From Acaryochloris marina S15 (lineage in GTDB: Bacteria; Cyanobacteriota; Cyanobacteriia; Thermosynechococcales; Thermosynechococcaceae): a DNA stretch of 24,000 bases. The stretch is from contig NZ_CP064923.1 of the NCBI RefSeq assembly GCF_018336915.1, positions 5,380,924-5,404,923 of the forward strand. The letters are read 5' to 3'. Of this stretch, positions 15,159 to 24,000 are shown in pieces; positions within the stretch are counted from its first letter, which is position 1; every line of letters begins with the position of its first letter. A program made the translations under genes and the position numbers. The notes under the pieces were generated by a model. That model was not told the DNA's origin. It did not search any database and saw nothing but the letters and a program-made list of their open reading frames with translations.

Positions 15159-15488
15159 ATGTTAGTGACCACAACGGATGTCATTCAGGGCGCTGTTATC
15201 GAAAGCTATTGCGGCATTGTCACAGCTGAAGTTGTGTATGGCAGTAATGCCCTGCGAGATTTTTTTGCAGGCATTCGCGATATTATCGGTGGTCGCACCG
15301 CCAGCTATGAACGAGTGTTTGAAAAGGGACAGCAGGATGCCATTGCTGAGCTGGAAAAACGGGCAGATCGATTAGGCGCGAATGCTGTCATCGGGGTTCG
15401 GGTCAGTACCGACACCATTAATATTGATGAAACAGGAGTTTTACTGTTAATCACTGCAGCTGGGACAGCCGTAAAAATGGCCCGTTAA
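15159..15488 (+). CDS. YbjQ/UPF0145 family protein
   Basis: MLVTTTDVIQGAVIESYCGIVTAEVVYGSNALRDFFAGIRDIIGGRTASYE...LGANAVIGVRVSTD aligns by eye with E. coli YbjQ. An upstream ATG at 15144 is possible but would add a non-conserved extension. Confidence 0.85.
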   Translation: MLVTTTDVIQGAVIESYCGIVTAEVVYGSNALRDFFAGIRDIIGGRTASYERVFEKGQQDAIAELEKRADRLGANAVIGVRVSTDTINIDETGVLLLITAAGTAVKMAR

Positions 15489-15559
15489 GACTCGTCCCAT
15501 TTAGCTGAATCTGTTACAGTACGTTTTGGAGCTGTCGCGACGGAAGTAAAGAAAAACGC

Positions 15560-16072
15560 ATGAGATTTGGTGTTTTTGCGATTGCACTCACCCTTGGGGT
15601 GACTGTAGGTAGCTCTGCTCTCGCCGCAGACCCTAAACATGTTGCCCAACTTAAACAAGTTAATTCCTGCGAAGGCTGCGATCTCAGTGGCGCTGATTTA
15701 AGTGGGTTAATTCTGATCCGTGCCAATCTTCGCAATGCTAACTTGCAAGGGGCCAACCTCCGCAATACCTCTTTACTGCTGAGTAATTTAGAGAATGCCA
15801 ATTTAGAAAATGCTAACTTCACCGCCGCCTATCTCTACGGCAGCAATTTAGAAAACACCCAGCTCACCAGCACTGACTTTACCCAAGCTGTTTTGCGGAG
15901 TGCCAAATTGCAAGGCGCTGATGTTTGTACTGCCACCCTTGCCGGGACGGACTTGACGGATGCTGATGTCGATTTAGACGACTGCCCAACTTCCCCACCC
16001 CCTAGCGCTTCAGAAGCAGAGGTTAAACAGGAAGAGTCGCTGATCAAAGATACGCTGCCTGAGAATCCTTAA
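15560..16072 (+). CDS. secreted pentapeptide-repeat protein
   Basis: Signal peptide MRFGVFAIALTLGVTVGSSALA, then pentapeptide repeats (ADLSGLILIRANLRNANLQGANLRNTSLLLSNLENANLENANF). Confidence 0.85.
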   Translation: MRFGVFAIALTLGVTVGSSALAADPKHVAQLKQVNSCEGCDLSGADLSGLILIRANLRNANLQGANLRNTSLLLSNLENANLENANFTAAYLYGSNLENTQLTSTDFTQAVLRSAKLQGADVCTATLAGTDLTDADVDLDDCPTSPPPSASEAEVKQEESLIKDTLPENP

Positions 16073-16083
16073 CCTGAATTGGG

Positions 16084-16560
16084 TTGGTGACCGTCCACCT
16101 TTTCACCTACGGAACGCTCACCTTTCCTGAAGTCATGCAAGCGGTTACAGGTCAACACTTTCCAGCAACGGACGCTTGGTTGCCTGGATATGAGCGGTTT
16201 TGTCTTGTGGAGCAACTCTACCCAGGCATTATCAAAACCGGTCAACAGTCCACCTTGGGTAGAATTTATTTCGATATCGATCCCATTTCCCTCCACCGCC
16301 TCGATTACTTCGAAGGGGATCTGTATAGCCGACAAGCCGTAACGGTCGTTCTGCCCGAGCACTCAACCATATATGCCGATACCTATGTTGTTCCCCTCAG
16401 CCAAATAAATCAGTTATCCCATCGATCGTGGAATGCAGAACAGTTTCGCACCTCACATCTACCCCAGTTTCTAGTCCAAGTCCATGCTTGGATGGATGAC
16501 TACTCTCTCAGTCCATCCCCTGCAGCCGATGAACAGGATACCTGGGATCTAGAGCCTTAA
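16084..16560 (+). CDS. gamma-glutamylcyclotransferase-like (AIG2/GGACT family) protein
   Basis: The N-terminal LFTYGTL motif, PGYERF...YPGII...G and LDYFEGDLYSRQ fit the AIG2-like fold. It starts 11 bp after the upstream pentapeptide gene, so co-transcription is likely. Start is TTG 16084 or GTG 16087. Confidence 0.75.
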   Translation: MVTVHLFTYGTLTFPEVMQAVTGQHFPATDAWLPGYERFCLVEQLYPGIIKTGQQSTLGRIYFDIDPISLHRLDYFEGDLYSRQAVTVVLPEHSTIYADTYVVPLSQINQLSHRSWNAEQFRTSHLPQFLVQVHAWMDDYSLSPSPAADEQDTWDLEP

Positions 16561-16565
16561 AAAAA

Positions 16566-16604
16566 TCAGTCCTCTGGGCTAGGGGGAAGCATCCAGAGGA
16601 CTGA
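16566..16604 (-). terminator. intrinsic terminator for the minus-strand gene 16643-16957, lying between convergent genes
   Basis: Perfect 11-bp stem CAGTCCTCTGG (16567-16577) / CCAGAGGACTG (16593-16603) with a 15-nt loop. On the minus strand it is followed by ATTTTTT. Confidence 0.6.
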
Positions 16605-16642
16605 GTCAGACATGAGGATCTCTAAAAAACGCCCAATTAGGG

Positions 16643-16957
16643 TTATTGCTGGGTCGCAACGACCTCTGGTTGAGCCTTCTGATCAACCGCTACGGGTTGA
16701 GTTTCTTGAGCTTCAGGGGCCGAGGCTTTGAAGGTAAAGCCCAAACGAGCTTCTTCTACAGAATTATCTGGTGAATGCTTAGGAGCAGAGGTTGCGGACA
16801 GATGTCGGCAACCCGCAGGTACGACTTTGACAATAGACGCAGCACCATTAGGACCGCAGGTCACTAAAGTCCCTGCATGGGCGGTTGGTGCTAGGGCTGA
16901 TGCGCTGGCTAAAGAACCAAAAATCAATGCGGTATGAAGTAAGGCTTTCGTGTTCAT
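16643..16957 (-). CDS. small secreted hypothetical protein (104 aa)
   Basis: Signal peptide MNTKALLHTALIFGSLASASALAPTAHA. The mature part has 2 Cys and a low-complexity acidic/Gln tail. A terminator follows. I recognise no family. Confidence 0.5.
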   Translation of the reverse strand: MNTKALLHTALIFGSLASASALAPTAHAGTLVTCGPNGAASIVKVVPAGCRHLSATSAPKHSPDNSVEEARLGFTFKASAPEAQETQPVAVDQKAQPEVVATQQ

Positions 16958-17372
16958 CTTCCTGACCTACTTATAGTCTCATTTGCTTATGGGAACAGTA
17001 TGGAATTCCTAGCTGAGATCAGCCTGAAAAATGTATTAGATTATACTAATTTACTTTATCTAAGTTTACTGTTACCCCCAAAGTAAGCGCTTAGAGAGCA
17101 GCCAGGACTGACATCATTTTATAGATAAAATCTTGAATTTTACCCATTCTCGGCAGTATTCAGCATTTTTGTCGACAAGCTGTTTTTCTCCCCTTTAGAC
17201 CCTGCAATTAAGCGTCGAAAGCTGACTTTAGAGTGGGAATCATAACGATATAGAAGGTCTGATTACGGTCTAGCCATAGCTGGTGGCCAAACCTCTCTTC
17301 AAACGATTGCAGTCTGTCAGTTTTGAGGGGCGAAGGATCAGCCTATCCATCATTTATCTTGTCTAGATCTTA

Positions 17373-20300
17373 ATGAAAACATCGGTAGAACTCTCCCAGT
17401 CTGTCTTTGATCGTCTATTTGCCTTAATGGAGCAAGGGTTCTATCTCCAGGCCTATGAATTATGCCAATCCGTTGACCTGCTCGCGACCCGGCAAGACAC
17501 AGCGACCCAAATTTTGGCAGGCCGACTAGTCGGGTATCTGGGGGCACCCCGACAGCGAGCTGCTGTATTACTTCGAGCCTGGCGACAGAATCCTACCGAT
17601 CCAGACGCCTTGTATTACTACATCAGTACAAGGCTTTGGCGGCAGGGTCCCTTAGCTGCCTATCGTCTAATCCAAAAGTACCAACCGCAGTTTGAGCGCT
17701 TCACACCGGACCAACAAGCCCATTGGCTGGGGTTAAAAGCCCAGGTGGTTTTAGAATTCCGAGACTTTGATCGAACGGATGCCTATCTCCAAGAGGCAGA
17801 AACCCTAGCCCCAGACGATCCTTGGATCACCCTTCTCCGGTCTCGTCTGTTGGAGCAAGAAGATAACTATCCAGAGGCCTTGGCCATGACCCAACAGGCC
17901 TTGGCACAGCGCCCCTGGTATCGCCCTGCTGTATTGACAGCAGCCCATTTACATACCCTCTTAAGCCAAGATGACCAGGCACTGCACCTACTGCAGCAGG
18001 CCACTACTCAGCTCGAAAGTGGTGAGCTTTGGGCCCAATTGGCTGCACTTCAACTGGAGTTAGGGCAGTATGCCCAGGCTCAACACAGTTATCAGCAATA
18101 TGAACAAGCCTGCCCACTCCTAGAGAAGGCAGGGCAAGCCCGACTGTGGTCCGCCCAAGCTGACATTGCTTATCAGATGGCGGATTTTAATCACGCCCAT
18201 CACTTGGCTCAGAAATTGGCGGAGTATCCCTACTACCAGTCCTTAGCCCAACGCTTGCTGGATTTACCCGAGGGGAAACGGGTGATTTTGCCCGTCGGTT
18301 TTGTGCGCCAACACCACATGACTTGTGCCCCCGCCACATTGACCACCCTTTGTGCCTATTGGGGCATCTCGGTGGATCACCATCAGATTGTGGACAGCAT
18401 CTGCTACAACGGTACGTCTAGCTATAGTGAGCGGGACTGGGCCAGTCAACAAGGATGGGCGGTCTGCGAATTTACGGTTACCTGGGACAGCATTATCCAG
18501 CTGATTGATGCAGGCGTTCCTTTTACCCTCAGTACCGTTGAAGCCACATCAGCCCACTTACAGGCCGTGATTGGTTATGACAGCCGATTGCAAACCCTCA
18601 TGATTCGTGACCCTTACCACCGGGGTATTGTTGAACCCTGGGCGGAGGAGTTTCTAGAGCGGTATCGGGCATCCGGTCCCCGAGGCATGGTCATTCTTCC
18701 TGCTAAGAAAGCGGGACTACTAGAAACCCTAGAACTTCCTGACAGCCGTCTTTACGATCAGCTCCACGATCTACAAGCAGCGCTGCTCAAACATGATCGC
18801 TCCACAGCCAGTGACTGGAGCCAACGGATGAATGGGGTCGCTCCTCACCATCGCCTTGCCCTCCAGGCTCAGTTCGAGCTGGCTTACTATGATTCTGACC
18901 AAGCCAGTGGTTTGACCGTCATAGAACAAATGCTGGAGCAGTTTCCTGCTGCCCCACAGCTAATGTTGCAGAAACTTCAATACTTACAGGAACTGGCCAG
19001 CCGCCAAGATTGCCTCGATTGGCTCGCCCATATGATTGAGCAGGACCAGTTCCATCCCATTTTTTGGACTCGGCTAGCCAAACTCTTCAGTGACGATGCC
19101 AAGGCGAGTGAATCAGCCATTGGTCTGCTGCTGCGGTCTATCGGTGCAATGCCGACGGAAGCCTATAACTACTTTTTATTGGCTAACCTGTATTGGTCAC
19201 AACGCCAGTTTGACCTAGCCCTGGACTTATATCGGTTTGCAGCCTGTCTAGAAGATAAGGAGCAAACCTATGGCCACAGCTATTTTCTGGCAGCTCGGGG
19301 CTGTCGACAAACGTCTGTGGCCTTACAGCTCTTACAACAACGGTGGCACCGGGACCAAAAGCAGTCGACCCGTCCTGTTTATGCTTTGGCTATCGCCTAT
19401 GACCATTTAGATCGCCCGTCCGAAGCCATAGAGGTTTTGGAACAAACCCAAGCCTGGCACCCGGACGATGGCGATTTACTGTTATATCGGGCCAAGTACC
19501 TGGGCGAGCATGGTCAGTTTGCCCAAGCCCATACCCTGCTAGACGAGGCCAAAGCCAAAACAGCCCATAGTCATTGGTTAAGTACGGCTGCCAAACTCGC
19601 GCAGTTTGAATACAAGCCTGACAAAGCCCTCGACCTATGGCAACAGCTCGTCACAGCCGATCCTTTGGATATCGAGGCGAATCGCGCTGTCAGTCAACTG
19701 TTAGCAGAACAGGAAGGAGTCACTGCCGCCCGTGAGTTTTTAGCAGCCACCTGCAGCACCTTCCCTGACCATGCCGGGTTACATCACCTCTGGTATGAAC
19801 AGGTGCAAGAGGGAGATCCGATCGTCGCAGAACAGGTGCTGCAACGACTGGTGGAGATTAACCCTAAAGACGCTTGGTCCTGGCGACAGATTGCCTGGCA
19901 ATTGGGTCGACAACAGCAGCTAGAGGCAGCATTTGAAACCTGCGAAACCGCTCAGCACCTAGATCCTCACAGCACGGCCTATTTCACCATCTATGGGTGT
20001 CTCTGCATTTTGGCAAAAGACATGCCCACCGCTAAGACCGCGTTTAAAGAGGCGATTCAACGGTCTGTAGACTCTAGCCGAGCCATCTCAGAACTGATGG
20101 ATATTTGCCAGTCCATAGAAGAACAAAAAGACGTTCTCGACTTTATCTTTCAAGAGTTTCAGCAACAGGTGATTACGGGGGATAGCCTGTTCACCTTTTA
20201 TCAATACGCTCGCACTGTCTTGACGCCCGCAGACTTTGATCAACGCATACAAGAAGTTCATGCCGCTCGGCCCGATTTATGGCAGGCCTGGACCGTCAGG

Positions 20301-22430
20301 AGTCGGCAGCTCCTCAGCAGCGACCGAACAACGGAAGCCTTGGCAATTGCAGGGGAAGCAGCGGAGCGCTTTCCCCTCTTACCCAGAGTTTGGGTGGATT
20401 TAGCGATCGTGCATCGTACCCGCAAGGATGATGAGGCAGAAGAACAAGCCCTGCAAACCGCTTTACGAATTAATCCCGGGTGGGACAGCGCCATTCAACA
20501 GTTGGCGGATCTTTATGACCGCACTGATGCTCTAGACAAATGCAAAGCCCTGTTAGAAACAGCCCTGATGCATTCACCCCTGGAGGCCTATCTTCATGGC
20601 TATCTTGCAGATGCACTGTGGAAACTGGATGGCCAAGAGACCGCACTGCAGCACTTACAGAAGGCCCTTCGCCTTGATTCTAACTATGACTGGGGATGGA
20701 ACAAGTTAAGAGAATGGGCTCAAGCATTGGAGCGTCTGCATCTAACCGCAGATCTGGCTCGGGAGCTAACAGTCACTCGATCGGGAGAGGCCCAATCCTG
20801 GTTGCGGTTAGCTGAGCACCTGGCCGAGGAGGACACGCTGGATGAACGGCTTGCTGCTGTAGATCAGGCGATTGAGCTCAATCCTTGCTATTGGGATGCC
20901 TATGATTTGAAGGCTCGGGTGTTGGCAGCCGCGGAGCGATTTGAGGATGCGATCGCAACCTGTACTCCCACCCAATTAGATGATGACTTACCCGTATCCT
21001 TGGCAGCTCGGGCCGCTTGGATTAAATACCAGCAAGGCAAGTTTGACGAGGCCATCCAAGACATGCAGGCTGTGGTTGCCAAAGACCCTGGCTATTATGC
21101 GGGATGGTATACCCTGGCCGATTGGTATCGGCAACAAAACAACCTAGAAGGATATCTAACTGCAGCGCAACAGCTGGTGCGGCTAGCTCCCAAAGATGCC
21201 ATTTCGTGGGGATATCAGGGAGACGCTAAACACAAAACAGGGGATCGGTTAGGCGCGAAAGCAGATTTTCGCAAAGCCTTTGAACTAGATCCTGAATATA
21301 GCTTTGCAGGGTTGAGTCTATTTGATCTGGAATTAGAGGGCCTGGAGACTGAGTCAGCAGCAAAGACCCTAGCTCAATTAAGGGAGCAGGATAATGATGA
21401 ATTTGTCTTGGCTCGTACCGTCCAGTTAGCAGCCAGACAAAATGACCTTAGTACTGCCACTCAAACCTTAGAGAAACTGTGTCTCTATCCCTGCGACTCT
21501 GAATGGCCCTTGAACACAGCCGTTGAGACTATGATTGCGGCTAATTGGACCACTCAAGCCCAAACCATTTTATTTGACGCCTTCCCTCAGCCCAAGGTCT
21601 ATCCACAGGTCGGGCATCACTGGGTCTATTGTTGTGTCAAGCTGAAGCAGCAGAAATTTTGCCAGAAGCAATTACGTAAGTTCCATCCTGAAAATCCAGT
21701 CCAAAGACAGGCACTGATCACCTATATCCGAATTTTGTCTTATCGCAATTCTTCCGCTCCCCTGATGAAGTTTCTTAGGGCGAACCGTGACGTCTTGAGA
21801 TCGCACACTGAAACCTGGGGCATCGTGGGGTATGCCTTATCAGAACGGAAAGAGCACAAAATCAATCTCAAATGGTTATCCGATTGGAAAAATCGTAGTG
21901 AGGTGCAGCCTTGGATGCTACTCAATCTGGTTCAATCATTCCAAGCAACCAAGGATCCTGCTAACGCTATCCCAGTCAGTCAATATGCCCTCACACTCCC
22001 AGACGATGATGGCACCCCAGTCCATCGGCTCTGGTTAGCTTATGCAGCGAGCTATGAAGGGCAGACTGCCAAAGCCAGTCAATATTTGCAGGACATTAAT
22101 CCACAATATTTGGAAAAGGAATATCTGTTTCTTCAATATCTAGTGAAAGCCAATCTGGCGATTGACTGCCAAGAACTGCCCCGTCATCAGCGTATGGAAC
22201 AAGCCAAGTTACATGTCCAGCAAGCGATGGCTGTGCATCCCGAGTTTCGAAGTCGTTTTTATTGGCAGCATGTTTTTTCGAATAGCGTGTGGAGAATTGC
22301 TAAACGGCGTCAAAGTATCAGCGGTTATATCTGGGCTCTCTCCCAAAGCATTCCACCCGATATCTTCTGGGCCATTATCTATCTACTGGGAACGTTCTTT
22401 TTTCTCATCCTCAAAATTATGAATCCGTGA
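17373..22430 (+). CDS. giant (1685 aa) TPR-repeat protein with embedded C39-like papain-fold cysteine peptidase domain and C-terminal TM anchor
   Basis: TPR-like helical repeats run through most of the protein. The segment at aa ~300-440 (nt ~18273-18693), VRQHHMTCAPATLTTLCAYWG...GVPFTLSTVEATSAHLQAVIGYD...LMIRDPYH, fits the Peptidase_C39-like pattern. Candidate triad: Cys318 (18324-18326), His395 (18555-18557), Asp413 (18609-18611). C-terminal hydrophobic helix IFWAIIYLLGTFFFLILKI (nt ~22350-22418). Confidence 0.8.
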   Translation: MKTSVELSQSVFDRLFALMEQGFYLQAYELCQSVDLLATRQDTATQILAGRLVGYLGAPRQRAAVLLRAWRQNPTDPDALYYYISTRLWRQGPLAAYRLIQKYQPQFERFTPDQQAHWLGLKAQVVLEFRDFDRTDAYLQEAETLAPDDPWITLLRSRLLEQEDNYPEALAMTQQALAQRPWYRPAVLTAAHLHTLLSQDDQALHLLQQATTQLESGELWAQLAALQLELGQYAQAQHSYQQYEQACPLLEKAGQARLWSAQADIAYQMADFNHAHHLAQKLAEYPYYQSLAQRLLDLPEGKRVILPVGFVRQHHMTCAPATLTTLCAYWGISVDHHQIVDSICYNGTSSYSERDWASQQGWAVCEFTVTWDSIIQLIDAGVPFTLSTVEATSAHLQAVIGYDSRLQTLMIRDPYHRGIVEPWAEEFLERYRASGPRGMVILPAKKAGLLETLELPDSRLYDQLHDLQAALLKHDRSTASDWSQRMNGVAPHHRLALQAQFELAYYDSDQASGLTVIEQMLEQFPAAPQLMLQKLQYLQELASRQDCLDWLAHMIEQDQFHPIFWTRLAKLFSDDAKASESAIGLLLRSIGAMPTEAYNYFLLANLYWSQRQFDLALDLYRFAACLEDKEQTYGHSYFLAARGCRQTSVALQLLQQRWHRDQKQSTRPVYALAIAYDHLDRPSEAIEVLEQTQAWHPDDGDLLLYRAKYLGEHGQFAQAHTLLDEAKAKTAHSHWLSTAAKLAQFEYKPDKALDLWQQLVTADPLDIEANRAVSQLLAEQEGVTAAREFLAATCSTFPDHAGLHHLWYEQVQEGDPIVAEQVLQRLVEINPKDAWSWRQIAWQLGRQQQLEAAFETCETAQHLDPHSTAYFTIYGCLCILAKDMPTAKTAFKEAIQRSVDSSRAISELMDICQSIEEQKDVLDFIFQEFQQQVITGDSLFTFYQYARTVLTPADFDQRIQEVHAARPDLWQAWTVRSRQLLSSDRTTEALAIAGEAAERFPLLPRVWVDLAIVHRTRKDDEAEEQALQTALRINPGWDSAIQQLADLYDRTDALDKCKALLETALMHSPLEAYLHGYLADALWKLDGQETALQHLQKALRLDSNYDWGWNKLREWAQALERLHLTADLARELTVTRSGEAQSWLRLAEHLAEEDTLDERLAAVDQAIELNPCYWDAYDLKARVLAAAERFEDAIATCTPTQLDDDLPVSLAARAAWIKYQQGKFDEAIQDMQAVVAKDPGYYAGWYTLADWYRQQNNLEGYLTAAQQLVRLAPKDAISWGYQGDAKHKTGDRLGAKADFRKAFELDPEYSFAGLSLFDLELEGLETESAAKTLAQLREQDNDEFVLARTVQLAARQNDLSTATQTLEKLCLYPCDSEWPLNTAVETMIAANWTTQAQTILFDAFPQPKVYPQVGHHWVYCCVKLKQQKFCQKQLRKFHPENPVQRQALITYIRILSYRNSSAPLMKFLRANRDVLRSHTETWGIVGYALSERKEHKINLKWLSDWKNRSEVQPWMLLNLVQSFQATKDPANAIPVSQYALTLPDDDGTPVHRLWLAYAASYEGQTAKASQYLQDINPQYLEKEYLFLQYLVKANLAIDCQELPRHQRMEQAKLHVQQAMAVHPEFRSRFYWQHVFSNSVWRIAKRRQSISGYIWALSQSIPPDIFWAIIYLLGTFFFLILKIMNP

Positions 22431-22515
22431 ATTCGGCAGTTACCTCCTACCCCTTGGCCCTGGCACAATCCCTAGGGCATACATCAGCTAGTCCGGTGAC
22501 AGGATCAATGGCAGA

Positions 22516-23676
22516 TCAGTGTCGCTGGGCAGCAGTCATAGGGATTTGCAGCTGAGCTTGTAAAGGCTGATCGGATTCAATGACTAACCCTTGGCCTCCC
22601 TGTTGGTGACCATTTGCAGTATTAGGATGCGGCCAAAATAGCCAACAACTTCCTGGCGGTAATGCTGATATACCACTCGGATCAGCCGTCAGCCAGACAA
22701 CAGACTGTTGGGGAAGCGGCGCAACCGTCACTTCTCCGGCTTGCACTTGGGCGAGGGTTTCTAAGATGGCTTGTCGCCCCGTTTGCAACCCGATCTGGGC
22801 CGTCCATAGCTGCACCTGATCTTGATGCTTTTGGCCGTAAGCATAGAGAGACGCTGCGGCAATGACCGCTTGTTCAAACTGATCAGACTGCCAGTTACCA
22901 GAACTATCCAAAGCAATGACCAGGGTTTGCCCCCCCGCAAACATTTCCAGCTCGCGAATGCGCAGTTCATTATGGCGGGCACTGGTGCGCCAATGGACCA
23001 GTCGCAGAGGGTCACCCCAGCGATAGGGGCGAATTGACCGAGTTACCCCTTCATTATTGTTGTGGGGACCAATCTGTTGGGCTTGACGCTGGCGATCTTG
23101 CTCATGACCTGAATGATCTAGCAGGGGGCATTGCTGTAAGGGCAAGATTTGGGGATAGACAATCGCCTTGGCCTTGACGGGGCGACTCCGGCGACACCAA
23201 AACAGTCCTAAGGGTGCCGCACTTCGCAACTGTACATTTTGCCAACGATAGACCCCCCTTTGTTCCGGTTGAAGGGTATAGGTCCAGGTGTGGGTCGCTT
23301 GGGAAGGAATATCAGCAATGCTGTGAGCGGTGACGGCTCCCAGATTTTTGGGTGGGTGGTCCTGGACCTGTAACAGGGACTTCGCAGATTTGGTCGAGTT
23401 AGACAGCTTTAACCCTAAATTCAGGGATTCACCCACACTAACGGGCACTAGGGGCAGTCGCTCCACCTCCAACCCTTGCAAAGACTTAATCGGTAAAACG
23501 GCAGAGACCAATAACAGCCCTAACCCCAGTCCCCCTAGAACGTATAACCAGCCCGCTAGGGTATTCGCCGCAGCTAGCAAAAAAAATGTCGTGAGGCCCA
23601 AGATTACCCAACCCGCATAGGCTGGCACGGCCCAATGGGTTTCTAACCAAGAAGCGAGTTTATGGATGAGATGCAT
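22516..23676 (-). CDS. DUF58 domain-containing protein (vWA-like, MoxR-associated family)
   Basis: Two N-terminal TM helices plus the DUF58 signature IRPYRWGDPLRLVHWRTSARHNELRIRELE. It lies 30 bp downstream of the glcF-like gene on the same strand. Confidence 0.85.
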   Translation of the reverse strand: MHLIHKLASWLETHWAVPAYAGWVILGLTTFFLLAAANTLAGWLYVLGGLGLGLLLVSAVLPIKSLQGLEVERLPLVPVSVGESLNLGLKLSNSTKSAKSLLQVQDHPPKNLGAVTAHSIADIPSQATHTWTYTLQPEQRGVYRWQNVQLRSAAPLGLFWCRRSRPVKAKAIVYPQILPLQQCPLLDHSGHEQDRQRQAQQIGPHNNNEGVTRSIRPYRWGDPLRLVHWRTSARHNELRIRELEMFAGGQTLVIALDSSGNWQSDQFEQAVIAAASLYAYGQKHQDQVQLWTAQIGLQTGRQAILETLAQVQAGEVTVAPLPQQSVVWLTADPSGISALPPGSCWLFWPHPNTANGHQQGGQGLVIESDQPLQAQLQIPMTAAQRH

Positions 23677-23706
23677 AGGGAAGGGGGCTGCAGCAATCAG
23701 GCCAGT

Positions 23707-24000
23707 TTAAAGGGTCCTGTCTTGAGCATTCCCTACAGCCGTTGACCAAGAAACACCCCGAATCGAGCAATCTAGCAGCTGCATAGGATGGAGCACAGGA
23801 GTCGTATGGTCCTGTTCATCTAAATGTTTGCGAATCTGCATGGTACAGCCCACATTAGCTGAGGCAATTAAGGTGGCCCCCGTTTGGGTGAGGTTCTGCA
23901 CTTTTTGCTGCCCTAATTCTTCCGCGATTTCCGGTTGGAGAATGTTGTAGACCCCAGCACTGCCACAACAGAGAAAGGCATCCCGGGGTTCCCGGAGTTC
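23707..24000 (-). CDS. glcF: C-terminal part of a glycolate oxidase Fe-S subunit-like (GlcF / CCG-domain) protein, truncated by the window edge
   Basis: The frame is open to position 24000. The translation ELREPRDAFLCCGSAGVYNILQPEIAEELGQQKVQNLTQTGATLIASANVGCTMQI shows the CCGxxGxYN and NxGC motifs of the cysteine-rich CCG domain. Confidence 0.7.
   Translation of the reverse strand, partial: ELREPRDAFLCCGSAGVYNILQPEIAEELGQQKVQNLTQTGATLIASANVGCTMQIRKHLDEQDHTTPVLHPMQLLDCSIRGVSWSTAVGNAQDRTL

Noticed and set aside
17373-23676. The giant TPR protein plus DUF58 as a Bat/MoxR-type (MoxR-DUF58-vWA-TPR) system.
   Set aside because: The two genes are convergent and not co-oriented. There is no MoxR AAA+ gene and no vWA gene in the window. 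DUF58 instead follows the glcF-like gene by 30 bp.
1-24000. tRNA, rRNA, tmRNA or RNase P RNA genes in the intergenic regions.
   Set aside because: I found no T-loop-like GGTTCGAATCC-type boxes, no conserved RNase P or tmRNA motifs, and no rRNA-like stretches when reading the gaps at 1274-1534, 5201-5316, 7582-7808, 12709-12831, 14066-14584, 16958-17372 and 22431-22515.

Overview
The window looks cyanobacterial. It has six copies of the HIP1 octamer GCGATCGC, two pentapeptide-repeat genes, a GUN4-domain fusion and a receiver/DUF3685 (Ycf55-like) protein.

Positions 1-8800 form a decayed accessory patch rich in mobile elements:
- the 3' part of an ISKra4-like transposase gene;
- a PadR regulator with a palindromic operator, facing a truncated HlyD/MFP adaptor gene;
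- a complete ISAs1-family IS (3005-4334) with imperfect terminal inverted repeats and a 10-11 bp target-site duplication;
- an IS200/RayT-like HUH-Y1 transposase;
- a 754-aa NACHT (STAND/NLR-like) NTPase with a glycine-zipper-like N-terminus and a C-terminal GUN4 domain;
- a DUF559/Vsr-like endonuclease gene bracketed by perfect 33-bp inverted repeats, one arm of which is amplified into a 192-bp tandem array of about 2.9 copies.

Positions 8801-24000 look like ordinary chromosome. Genes there are a lipoprotein-rhomboid operon, the receiver/DUF3685 protein, pentapeptide proteins, NADAR, YbjQ, a gamma-glutamylcyclotransferase-like protein, DUF58 and a partial glcF-like Fe-S subunit. The exception is a 1685-aa tail-anchored TPR protein with an embedded C39-like papain-fold peptidase domain.

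I found no rRNA, tRNA or CRISPR array. The best candidates for something undescribed are the NACHT-GUN4 protein, the inverted-repeat-flanked DUF559 cassette with its tandem array, and the giant TPR-peptidase. All family calls rest on motifs read by eye from the translations. No database search was run.
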